Both the position numbers and the translations under genes were made by a program. 64,000 nt of DNA from Takakia lepidozioides (Eukaryota > Plantae > Bryophyta), in assembly GCA_030704615.1 (NCBI GenBank), contig CM060733.1:56668001-56732000 (forward strand). Reading direction: 5' to 3'. The notes beneath the pieces are model-generated. The model made no database searches. It worked only from the letters and a program-made list of their open reading frames with translations, and had not been told where the DNA came from. Below are positions 54,150 to 64,000 of this stretch, one piece after another. Every line of letters begins with the position of its first letter. The stretch's first letter is position 1.

Positions 54150-57100
54150 TCAACGCTTCTTCCGCTTTTGAGGTCGCCCTTCGAACGCTGCAACTGCCTC
54201 GGATGCGTTTCCCATTTCTGAGGCACGCACCCAAGATGCCTCCACAAGATGATAGCCCTTCCATTTGACGAGATACTCCGTTTCTCGGTTCTTGAACCTC
54301 CTCGACTTAAGTATTGCCTCCACCTCGTACTCGGGTTCATTTTCATGATCCAACAGCATAGGTGGCGGACGCAACACTTGCTGCCGATTCGGACGTGCTT
54401 CATCTTTGAAGTAAGGCTTCAAAAGGGAGACATGGAATACTGGGTGCACCTTGCTGTTTGCTGGCAGCTCCAATTCATACACATCCTCATTCATAACCCT
54501 CCGAATGCGAAAGGGACCCGCATACGGAGGTACGAACTTCGGACTCATTTCCGGAGGTAGTCGAAAATTCTTGATGTTCAACCAGACCTCTGTGCCTGCC
54601 TCAAACTTCACTTCCCTCCGCTTCCGATTCGCCTGCCTTTCATACCGTTTCCTAGCTTTGGCAATGTTGTACTTTGCGAGCTTCAACAAACGCTCGCGTT
54701 CTTCCAGTACCGCCGCTACTGCCGGTTCCTCAACGTCCTGGGCGGCCCAACTTGTCGGCACCAGAGGTGCTTTTCCATAGACCAACACAAAAGGGGAAAC
54801 TCCCGTCGCGGAGTGTTCTGTGTTATTATAACAGAACTCTGCCGCGTCTAAGTGTTCCATCCAGTCTGATTGGTCTGCCGACACGTAATTCCGCAAGAAT
54901 TGCTTCACTACGGAATTCACTCTTTCCGTTTGGCCGTCCGTCGTAGGTCGGAAGGCGGTGCTCATCTTCAGCCTCGTCCCCATCTTCTTCCAAAGTGCTC
55001 TCCAGAATTTACTCGTAAACTTTGGGTCGCGGTCCGAGACAATATCCTTCGGGACTCCATGATGCTTTAAGACGTGGGCGAAGTAAAGTCGCCCTGTCTC
55101 CTGCGCAGTAGCCGTCTCCTTGGTGGGGATGAAATGGGCCATTTTACTGAACCTATCTACCACCACCATGATTGCATCGAATCCTTTTGACAGCGGCATA
55201 GCAGTCATGAAATCCATCGAGACGCTTTCCCAAGTCCCCTCTGGAATCGGCAAGGGTTGTAACAGCCCCGCTTGCTTTTTATACTCGCTCCGGTTTTGTT
55301 GGCATGTGGTGCATGTCTTTACATACTCCTCTGCCTCCTCCCTCAGTTTGGGCCAGAAATACTCTTTCTTCAAGAGTGCCGCAGTGCGCTTGGCTCCACC
55401 GTGGCCCGCAAGCGGGCTATCATGGCATTCTCTCAAGAGACTATCCCTGATCCCTCCCTTTGGCACATAGAGACGTTTTTGCTTATACCGGAGCAGTCCG
55501 TTTTGCAAGTGGAACTGCGATTTAACCCCCATTCTCAAGTTCTGCATCACGCACTTTGCCAGCTCATCCTTCCGGCAAGCCTTCCGGATCTTCCTTTGGA
55601 GCGCCGTCTCGCCCTTGTACACCAACAAGAGCTGCTGCTTTCTACTTAAAGCATCGGCCACCACATTGTCCCGTCCCGGTTTGTACTGGATATCCACGTC
55701 GAACACTGCCAAAGTATCTTGCCACCTAAGTTGTTTTGGGGACAACTTGGGCTGCGTGGCAAAATACTTCACCGTGACATTGTCCGTGAACACCTTCACT
55801 GGGTTGGAACCAACATAGTGGCGCCAGAGTTCAAGGCAATGTACCACCGCCTTCATCTCTTTTTCGTGCGTCGGCCACCGTCGCTCCACTTCATTCAGTT
55901 TCTTACTTTCGTAAGCCACTGGACGTCCATCTTGCATAAGTACACCCCCAATTGCGAAGTCCGATGCATCTGTATGAATCTCAAACGGACGATCGAACTC
56001 CGGGATTTTTAAGACTGGAGCTTCCGTCATCCGCTGCTTCAATTCAGCAAAAGCTTGGCCACAAAATGTGTTCCATACCCAGACTTTGGATTTACACAGA
56101 AGGTCCGACAGCGGCCCCGCGATCTTGGCGAAATTTCTCACATACTTCCGGTAATAGGAGGCGAGTCCTAGGAAGGATCGCACTCCCGGGACCGAAGTCG
56201 GAGGCTCCCAGTCCAAGATCGCCCTCACCTTTCTGTCATCCATTTTGATCCCATCCTGTGTAATCACGTGCCCCAAGAACTCCACTTTTGTGACCCCGAA
56301 TTCGCACTTTGAAGCTTTGGCATACAGCTTCCCTTCTCGCAATTTTTGGAACACCCTTTTGAGGTGCTCCAGGTGCTCCTCCTTTGTTTTCGAGTACACC
56401 AAGATGTCGTCGATGTACACGATCACAAAGTCATCCAACCACTCCTGGAAAAGGCTGTTCATCAGCGTGCTAAATGTCGCTGGTGCATTGGTGAGCCCAA
56501 AAGGCATCACCAAGAACTCATATGAACCATACCTTGTCCTGCACGCGGTCTTCTCCTCATCTCCTTCCGCCACCCGAATTTGGTGATAGCCGGAGCGCAA
56601 GTCGATCCGGCTGAAATACTTCGCTCCTGCCAACCGATCGAAGAGGTCGTCGATCCTTGGCAAAGGGTACCGGTTTTTGATAGTCACCTTATTCAGAGCC
56701 CTGTAATCGACACACATCCGCAGCGTCCCATCCTTCTTGTCTGCAAATAGCACCGGGGCTCCGTAAGGTGACTTACTCGGCCGGATGTACCCCTTTGACA
56801 TTAGATCTTTGAGCTGAGTCTTCAGCTCGACCAACTCTTTGTGGCTCAACCGGTAGGGCGCCTTGGCAGGCGGTTCCGATCCCGGTATCACCTCAATTTT
56901 GTGGTCAACTCCTCTTCGCGGTGGCAAGCCGCTTGGTAAATCCTCCGGCATCACATCCTGGTATTTCTCCAAAATCCCCTTGATCCAATCTGGGCTCGGC
57001 TCCCCATCGCCTTCTCCTTTCACTTCTCTAATGTAAAGCAAAAACTGGGACTCGTGTGTCTCCTCCACGGCCCACTCCTTTGCTGATAGAAGGTTTATTC

Positions 57101-57800
57101 GCCCTCCCACGGATTTGGGCGTTTCCGACACTCGTAAAACCTCGCCACCATTCCCACATGGCAGCGTGACTACTCTCTTGCGGCCATCTATGACCGCTCC
57201 GGATTTGCTCAAAAAGGTCATTCCCAAAATGAGATCCACTCCATCGATCTCGCAGATAGTGAAGTTCTCACGTCCCTCCCAACTCCCCAGTTGAAGAGGA
57301 ACATCAAACGCCAACCTTGTCGCCAACTGAGGTTCTCCTTTGGCAGAGCGCACCTCAATAGAGGCCCCCACGTCACTTGTCGGGAGTCCCAACTTTCGCG
57401 CCGCCGCCGGCGTCATGAAGGAGTGCGACGCTCCTGTGTCCACCAACAACGACACATTAGTTCCGGATATTATCCCATCCACGAACAATAACTGACTCCC
57501 TTTTCGTAAGGCGCCAGTTTCCTGATACAACTCACAAGAAAATTTGCCTACCTTGCAAGTCCTGGCGACCACCGCTTCCACCAAGCGACTGATGGTATCT
57601 TCCGACAGCTCCGTGGTCGCCCGAGTCATGTTCAATTGCCGGGGCTTCGTGCACTTCTTGGCCATGTGCCCGGGCTCCCCGCAATTGAAACACACTCCAT
57701 CAAAGGTCGCCTTCTGTCCGCCATAAGTCGCTCCACCCGCTTTTCCTTTCGAAGCACCGGGTGCCGCCTTGACGTGTGAGGACCTCCCTTCGATTTCCAC
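54150..57800 (-). CDS. pol: Zinc knuckle, protease, RT, RNase H, integrase and chromodomain polyprotein
   Basis: [35 protein letters not shown] integrase motif, GPF, YEVEAIL...YLVKWKGY...SW. Confidence 0.95.
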   Translation of the reverse strand: MEIEGRSSHVKAAPGASKGKAGGATYGGQKATFDGVCFNCGEPGHMAKKCTKPRQLNMTRATTELSEDTISRLVEAVVARTCKVGKFSCELYQETGALRKGSQLLFVDGIISGTNVSLLVDTGASHSFMTPAAARKLGLPTSDVGASIEVRSAKGEPQLATRLAFDVPLQLGSWEGRENFTICEIDGVDLILGMTFLSKSGAVIDGRKRVVTLPCGNGGEVLRVSETPKSVGGRINLLSAKEWAVEETHESQFLLYIREVKGEGDGEPSPDWIKGILEKYQDVMPEDLPSGLPPRRGVDHKIEVIPGSEPPAKAPYRLSHKELVELKTQLKDLMSKGYIRPSKSPYGAPVLFADKKDGTLRMCVDYRALNKVTIKNRYPLPRIDDLFDRLAGAKYFSRIDLRSGYHQIRVAEGDEEKTACRTRYGSYEFLVMPFGLTNAPATFSTLMNSLFQEWLDDFVIVYIDDILVYSKTKEEHLEHLKRVFQKLREGKLYAKASKCEFGVTKVEFLGHVITQDGIKMDDRKVRAILDWEPPTSVPGVRSFLGLASYYRKYVRNFAKIAGPLSDLLCKSKVWVWNTFCGQAFAELKQRMTEAPVLKIPEFDRPFEIHTDASDFAIGGVLMQDGRPVAYESKKLNEVERRWPTHEKEMKAVVHCLELWRHYVGSNPVKVFTDNVTVKYFATQPKLSPKQLRWQDTLAVFDVDIQYKPGRDNVVADALSRKQQLLLVYKGETALQRKIRKACRKDELAKCVMQNLRMGVKSQFHLQNGLLRYKQKRLYVPKGGIRDSLLRECHDSPLAGHGGAKRTAALLKKEYFWPKLREEAEEYVKTCTTCQQNRSEYKKQAGLLQPLPIPEGTWESVSMDFMTAMPLSKGFDAIMVVVDRFSKMAHFIPTKETATAQETGRLYFAHVLKHHGVPKDIVSDRDPKFTSKFWRALWKKMGTRLKMSTAFRPTTDGQTERVNSVVKQFLRNYVSADQSDWMEHLDAAEFCYNNTEHSATGVSPFVLVYGKAPLVPTSWAAQDVEEPAVAAVLEERERLLKLAKYNIAKARKRYERQANRKRREVKFEAGTEVWLNIKNFRLPPEMSPKFVPPYAGPFRIRRVMNEDVYELELPANSKVHPVFHVSLLKPYFKDEARPNRQQVLRPPPMLLDHENEPEYEVEAILKSRRFKNRETEYLVKWKGYHLVEASWVRASEMGNASEAVAAFEGRPQKRKKR

Positions 57801-58774
57801 GTGCCATTTTCACCGCGTGGCCTATCCCACTTCTTTTCCGGTCGGGAGGAGTCACCTTCCCGCCGGGTCTTCTTGTGGTTCAGCTCCGTACGGCCTTGTC
57901 TCTCACCCCTAGGGACATCCGAGAAACATTCAGCTCTCTCAATTGCCTCGTTCAAAGTCTTGGGTGGCTTCTCCTCCAACTTCCGCCTAGCCCATGGGGC
58001 CAGTCCCGCCACAAAGTTGAAGACCATTTCTGGTTCTGCCATGTCCGCGACTTCGAGCAACAGCACATTGAAAGCCTGGACATACCCCCGAATGTCATCT
58101 GTTTGCTTCAAATTCCTCATCTTGTCCCGGGCAAGCCAGGATGCGTTGAGGGGCACAAACTGTCTCTTCATCAATTCCTTGAACTCACTCCAGTTCAAGG
58201 TTTCCGGGCTTGGGCCTCGGTCGTGAAGGCGTTTCTGCCACCATTGTTGAGCATAGCCCCTCAAATAGGTGGGAGCCACTTCCACCCGATCCTCGTCACT
58301 CAACTTGGCCGCCCGGAAGTACTGCTCTAGCTCCAGGAGCCAGGTGTTGAGTGCCTTCCGGTTTCGAACGCCCTCGAAGGTGCCGGGTTCCTTAGGCTTC
58401 ACCTTAAACTTTGCCTTGGTGGAAGTGGCATTAGCCGCCTTCAACACGTCTTTCAACGTCCCGCCAAACTGCGCCAACAACCCTTCCCAAAAGGCTGCCG
58501 GCATGGGAGGCATCTCTTGGTTTGTCGGAGCTCTCAAAGATTCCTCGGGCTCCGACTCCTCGGATTCCTCCCGCTCCTGAGCGGCCTCGTTTTCGGAAAC
58601 ATTAATCGCTTCCTCAAACGGCCGCCTCGGTGACACGTCGCCCCCATCGGGCTCACCGGGGTCATCATCTTTTGGGCCGTTCCGCTTTCGCTTCGGCTTG
58701 CCCGACCCCATGATGAGGCCAATCCCAAGGACGATCGCGTACTGAACTCTAAGCTCTGATACCAAGTGTCGCAC
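57632..58774 (-). CDS. gag: Gag capsid protein (out of frame with its own zinc knuckle)
   Basis: [10 protein letters not shown]...[10 protein letters not shown]...LKQT...YVQAF retrotransposon gag motifs. Confidence 0.88.
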   Translation of the reverse strand: MRHLVSELRVQYAIVLGIGLIMGSGKPKRKRNGPKDDDPGEPDGGDVSPRRPFEEAINVSENEAAQEREESEESEPEESLRAPTNQEMPPMPAAFWEGLLAQFGGTLKDVLKAANATSTKAKFKVKPKEPGTFEGVRNRKALNTWLLELEQYFRAAKLSDEDRVEVAPTYLRGYAQQWWQKRLHDRGPSPETLNWSEFKELMKRQFVPLNASWLARDKMRNLKQTDDIRGYVQAFNVLLLEVADMAEPEMVFNFVAGLAPWARRKLEEKPPKTLNEAIERAECFSDVPRGERQGRTELNHKKTRREGDSSRPEKKWDRPRGENGTWKSKGGPHTSRRHPVLRKEKRVERLMADRRRPLMECVSIAGSPGTWPRSARSPGN

Positions 58775-59490
58775 ACCTCACTTCGGTAAACTCCCCTTCA
58801 AGTCATAGTTACTCGCTTTGATGCGCGCGCCTGACTCCCAACCTGGCCGCCGGGCCAACTTGGAGTTTCGGCTGCTCACCGGGACATAACGGTCCCCTTC
58901 CGCTTCCCTCTAAACCCTCCACCTATTTGGGACTAGGAGAATTCCCTTTGGTAGATGGCAGTCCGGAACAGCTCCCCACTCTTTGGTCGCTTTCCGGCTC
59001 GCTCGCTTACTCACTAGTTTTTGGTCACCAACGGGCTTGCACCGTTCTCGGGGTTACTACTCCCTATATATACTTCTGTAGCTGTCCGCGGGGGTTTCAT
59101 AACCAGCCATGCCATTTTATGGCGAACCACCACGAAAACCCTCGACTCCCGGTGGTGAGTCGCGGTGAGTCTTGGCCCACTCACCGCGGCCCCAATGGAC
59201 CGTGATGAGTCCCAAGACTCCCCACGACTCCCACCTCGAGGTCTCCACCCCATGGTGAGTCCTATGCCACCCCCACTAAGTCCCACTAAGCTATCACCAC
59301 CCCTTGTGGAGCCACCTCCACCGCAACCCGGTGTGCGGGGCTCCACCTAGTGAGCGCCTCCGCCTCCTTGAGTGCCTTGGGCACTCAAGGGTGCTTCAGC
59401 CCCCCATACCTATCGCCGCCGCTGCCCCCACCACAGGGGCAGCCCCTCATGTGTCCCGACCCCCTGCCCTCAAGGCAAAGGGCCGCGACA

Positions 59491-59900
59491 ACTCGCTCTT
59501 GCACCCAGGCACCCCTGCGAGGGCTTTCAATTTCGGAATGACACTCGTTATCTCCTGCAATTTGTCATCATCCATGAATGGAGTCTGCACTGCGGAGGAA
59601 TCTCAGAAACATCCTCCGAGGACGAGTCCGAAAGAGTCACGAATGTAGTGGATGTGCTCACCTCTTGTTTCACATGAACTGTGCCCTTCTGCTGCACGAT
59701 CGATGCTGCAATGCCAAGGGTAACTACTGATTCTGCTTATTGTCTTCTCTATTTTCCAAGGACCCGGTATGTGCCTGGAAGGACTCTCCACTTCCTCCCA
59801 CACTCGCCAACCAATGGTTTCTCCAAGTGCCCAGAATCCAAATTCCCATCCTCGTCATACACCTCTTTTTGAACAAGCAGAGAACCCAATTCCAGAGGGA
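59491..59900 (-). mobile_element. N-terminal part of the MULE transposase
   Basis: Reads ...SVIPKLKALAGVPGCKSE and joins LRFVDWESL at 52515 across the TSD; upstream boundary is approximate. Confidence 0.7.
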
Positions 59901-60699
59901 ACACTGTAACCAGCTCATCCTTGCGCCGGTGACGGCAAAATACAAATCACAGGATAGGCAGTACAACATACGTGGATGCTTGTGTGAAGCATCACAATTA
60001 TTGCCAATGTGCAAGTACTCCAAAAAATGCGACTCGCGATCGATTTTTACGGCGCTTCTCAATTTTTTTGAATGCAAGAAGCCTGTTGTGTACTGGCAGC
60101 CGGCGAAGTACAACTGACATATCCCACAAGTACACGAAACAGCAATTGAAGTGCCACCACTTAATTTTTTGAGTAATTGAAAGACGGAGAAATGGATGAA
60201 TTCCGTTCGCACATAATGATGTAACATACGCAGCTGGCTGACTATGGCATCACCATGACAGCACCGAAGGTCTCCTTCCAAGCATACATGCGGAAATGGA
60301 GAGCCACAGTGTGGCAATCTTGTTTCTTCAGGGAGTTCAACAAGGAGGGTGGCATCAGTCGAACAAATAAGCTTGACCAGCAAGAGATAGGAGAGGAAAC
60401 CTAGAAACGATGCCTTTACATGTGCAAAATGGACTATGCTTCTTTGTTTTGCAAAGACACACTCTCCTCCATCCAACCTGTTTTGTGCTGGCTCATATGA
60501 GTGTGCGGTGCCGCACACTTATTTGGTCTATCCATGTGTAGTAACATCAATGTGCACACCCTGGGCCCTTCAGGCTATTTTGTGTGCGGTGGTTGCAGTG
60601 TGCGGTGCCGCATACTCTTTTAGGGGGTCTTCGTGATGTGGTAGGAAAGGTGGGAAACAATAGTTGTATTGCATAATGAGGCTGTCTCTGTGCCTGCAG

Positions 60700-61502
60700 G
60701 TACATAAAGTATGTTCTCATGGCAGAGAACTGCTTGGACAAACATCCTGATTTCGTGGACCTGTGGCTACTTCCTGCTGGCAACCAGACCATGTTTACTG
60801 CAGGGATCTTGCAGGACTGGGGCCCAAACCATCTTTCTGCCTGTGGTTGGTATTTGGATTGCCTTGTTTCTGAGACCCCGGCGCAGGAGGTGTCTTTGAG
60901 GAGAGAGAATGAGCGTGGAGCAGCCACCACCGCGGTTGCCGACCTCGAGATTCATGATAGAAATTTGAGGACACTTGCAGAGAAGGAGCCTCCCGCTCAG
61001 GATACCCCGGGTAAAGGTAGAAAGGCAAAGGGAAATGATGTTGCTGTTGGTGTGGGGAAAGGAAGCGGTAGGGGGAAGGGAGCGCAACGGCAGGTTGTTG
61101 GGCAGGGAAGTGTTGCAGAAACTGGCCCTGCGGCGGATGTCCAGCAGACAAAAGAGACTCCACCGCATGGTAGGGGATCCGGGAGAAAGAACAAGGGGGT
61201 GGTTGATCCTAAGGACCCGTACCATGCAGTGGAGCATCCCATAGGGTCATTTGCCCTACCAGGTTGGAGATGGCCAACGTCGGGTTCCTTGCCATGATGG
61301 AGTCCAAGAAATCTGATTACAAGGGCGATCCATCACCAGTGTGGGAGAGGATTGTGGAGTTCCTCAGCATGGTGCGTGTTGTCTTTTGCTTCTTGTGTGT
61401 TGTGGGCATGGCTTGTTTCAATCCACTTGAGCATTTCATTGCATGCTTGTTTGTAGGCTAAAATGACCAGATCCTGGGTGAACGGGAAGGAGAAGCCATA
61501 TG
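60700..61502 (+). pseudogene. N-terminal exons of the methyltransferase-like gene
   Basis: Acceptor AG near 60699; frameshift near 61260; intron 61372-61456; last exon AKMTRSWVNGKEKPY ends in TSD ATATG and continues in frame at 28588. Confidence 0.7.
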
Positions 61503-62475
61503 TGTTAGAGGGCTGCTTGGGACTTAGACGCTTTTACGGGATCTGTGGGGTACCCTTAATTTTTTACACAAACTGAGACTAACATGAGCCTTAGGGGTGA
61601 CAGCAACAGGCTTTAAGGGGGGAGATACACAGCCCAACACAGTCCATCACAGCCCGACACAGCCAACATAGCCAGTCACAGTCAACACAGCCCGTCATAG
61701 TCTGACACAGCCAACACAGCCAGTCACAGCCCGATACAGCCGCCACAGCTTTGCACAGCCCTACACAGCCCGACACAGCCAGTCACAGCTAGTCACAGCC
61801 CGCCACAGCATGATACAGCCAGTCACAGCTCGGCACAGTTGGGGAACAATTATCATTGGCAGGGAACGACGGTGAGGGGAACGACATCTGAAAAAAGAAC
61901 GTGTACTACAGGGATGACGGTTAGTTAGGAAAGCGGTTAGAACAACTTGTAGGGGAAAAAGCGAAGAAGCAGGGAGGTCTGGGATCACTACTTCTGGGGG
62001 GACTTTTGGCATCACGGGGGGGGGGAATGAAGCGGAGAGCGCATCTCTGAGTAGAAAGAGGGAGAGCACGGAGTAGGAGGAGAACGATCTGTTGATGCTT
62101 GATGAATGCAAGCAGTAGAGTTGTAATGTAGAGCAGATTAGAGACTCCATGGCTTCAGCCTGATACTTGATAGATATTAATCTGATACATACTTCATACT
62201 CACACTGTGTAGAGAGACCTGAGTGAAGCTGTGGAAATGAATGGATGGAACTTGATAGATTTCTGAAGCAAACTGATACTTAATTGCAGATAGTAAGGTA
62301 ACTCGCTAACATGAATGTGGGAAGGAGTACAAATAGGAACACCCCCATGATACACTAGCTGTAGGTCATGACTGATTGTTCTGAGCGGGCTGAGTGCTTA
62401 GAGAATTCCAACTCTTCTATCTTGGAGTTCCCACCTCGGATAGCGAAGGGATGGGTGAGTAAAAGTCGCGCGACA
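61503..62475 (+). repeat. 5' LTR of element A
   Basis: Close match to 27621-28582; preceded by ATATG; followed by PBS TGGCGACCATACTGGGGA (resembles the tRNA-Arg-type PBS of Ogre/Tat elements). Confidence 0.92.
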
Positions 62476-63264
62476 TTTGGCGACCATACTGGGGAACTGG
62501 GTCATGAACAACCAGATGTGACAGGCATCTGGTGGGATCATGGTGGATGGAGAATTAAAGAATTTGATGTGAACCAAATTTCCTGTGGAACTGAGAAGGA
62601 AAGATTGTCTAAACAATTCTTTCAGAGGTTCTTGGAATTGCCAGACGGTTGTAAAGAAAACATTCTGAAGAGAGTGCATGATGCTGACCCGGAGTGGGGT
62701 CTGGAGAAAGGAGTGATAAAGATTTATCAGGTGGCCTGTAGAGGAAGAGCACGTTGGTTACCAACACTGGTTTATGTGATAGCATTGCTATCCATTAAGC
62801 GAGTAGAGTTTGAAGGCTGGGAGGAAAGAAAGGTGAATGTTTATACTCATATGCATGAAGAGCTTGTACTGGTAAAGAATTGGATTCCAAAGGATATCTT
62901 GTGGATCAAACTCACACCAAGAACAGCTTTTCAGACTTGTTTACCATATGGGTATATGGTAATGGAGACTTCTAGTATATCCAGAGGAACATTGAAGCTT
63001 GAGAGAAACCCAGGCATATACGAGAGATATTACAGAAGAGAGTTTTGGTTATTGCCACATTAATAGAAATGAAAGACATGGGACATGAGTGATGAAAGAG
63101 AAGCTAGACTCCAGAAATATTCAGCAAAAAGAGAAAGCTATCTGAAAGCTAATTATCCATATCTTTGGGAGAGGGGAATAGACATAGGGGAATCATCTGG
63201 ACCTCTCACACCATTAAGATCAGGGAGTACATCACCCATACCGGAAGAACTAGAGTTGGATGCC
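62476..63264 (+). mobile_element. 5' internal region of element A with pre-gag ORFs
   Basis: ORF to 63063 and ORF from 63085 that continues at 39430-39323 (minus) across TSD ATGCC. Confidence 0.75.
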
Positions 63265-64000
63265 TGTTAGAGGACTGTCTGGGACTTAGACACTTATACG
63301 GGATCTGTGGGGTACCCTTAATTTTTGCACAGACTGAGACCAACAGGAGCCTTAGGGGTGACAGCAGCGCACTTTAGAGGGGGGTTACACAGCCCGTCAC
63401 AGCCAACACAGCTCGTCACAGTCTGACACAGCCCGTCACAGTCCGACATAGCCAGACACAGCCAGACGCAACCGTCACAGCCAGTCACAGCTCGACACAG
63501 TCGACACAGCCCAACACAGTCGCACAGCCAGTCACAGCTGTCACGACCATAGGGAACGGATAGCAGGACAGGGAACGACTGTGAGGAACAACATCTGCGA
63601 ATGGAACATGTTAGTACACGGATGACGGTTAGTGAGGGAAACGGTTAGAACAACGGGTAGGAAGATAAAGCCACGAGCAAGGACGGGAGAAGGGGCACTT
63701 CTTGGGGGAATTATGGGAGATGAGGCGAGGGATCACTGCTGGGGGGGACTTCGGACATCACGGGAGGAAAGAGGGAGAGAGCGCATCTCTGAGCGGAAGG
63801 AGGGAGAGCACAGAGTATGAGGAGGACGATCTGTTGATGCTTAATGAATGCAAGCAGTAGAGTTGTAATGTAGAGCAGATTAGAGACTCCATGGCTTCAG
63901 CCTGATACTCGATAGATATTAATCTGATACATACTTCATACTGACACTGTGTAGAGAGATCTGAGTGAAGCTGTGGAATGAATGGATGAGTTGATGGGAT
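63265..64000 (+). repeat. 5' LTR of element B (runs off the window)
   Basis: TGTTAGAGGACT start matches the reverse complement of the 40051 end; preceded by ATGCC. Confidence 0.9.

Larger units (their letters stand above)
52521..59490 (-). mobile_element. Full-length young Ty3/Gypsy chromovirus (Galadriel-like), 6970 bp
   Basis: 724-bp LTRs at 52521-53244 and 58767-59490, TG...CA ends, TSD ACTCG (52516-52520, 59491-59495), tRNA-iMet PBS TGGTATCAGAGC at 58753-58764, PPT. Confidence 0.97.

Noticed and set aside
52681-59677. Duplicated small ORFs at 52.7-53.4 kb and 58.9-59.7 kb
   Set aside because: Chance ORFs within the GC-rich LTR pair.

Overview
Eukaryotic nuclear DNA from a seed-free land plant (GT-AG introns, PLS/DYW PPR genes, bryophyte/lycophyte-type transposons; lineage is inferred). 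Positions 1-23 kb hold two apparently intact spliced genes (a HotDog acyl-CoA thioesterase and an ENTH/epsin-like protein), several PLS-class PPR pseudogenes including one with a DYW domain, orphan gene fragments and decayed Ty3/Gypsy remnants. Positions 23.7-64 kb are a nested, rearranged transposon cluster. Matching 5-bp target-site duplications and continuing reading frames allow it to be reassembled. A Mutator-like transposase lies head-to-head with a spliced beta-class DNA amino-methyltransferase-like gene (N4C/N6A fold, motif IV 'DIPD'). That gene was split by Gypsy element A (TSD ATATG), A was split by its sibling B (TSD ATGCC), and the transposase was split by a very young chromovirus (TSD ACTCG). 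At least three inversions then scrambled the nest. The most novel candidate is the transposon-associated methyltransferase-like gene, possibly linked to a ParB-like ORF and a palindrome array nearby.
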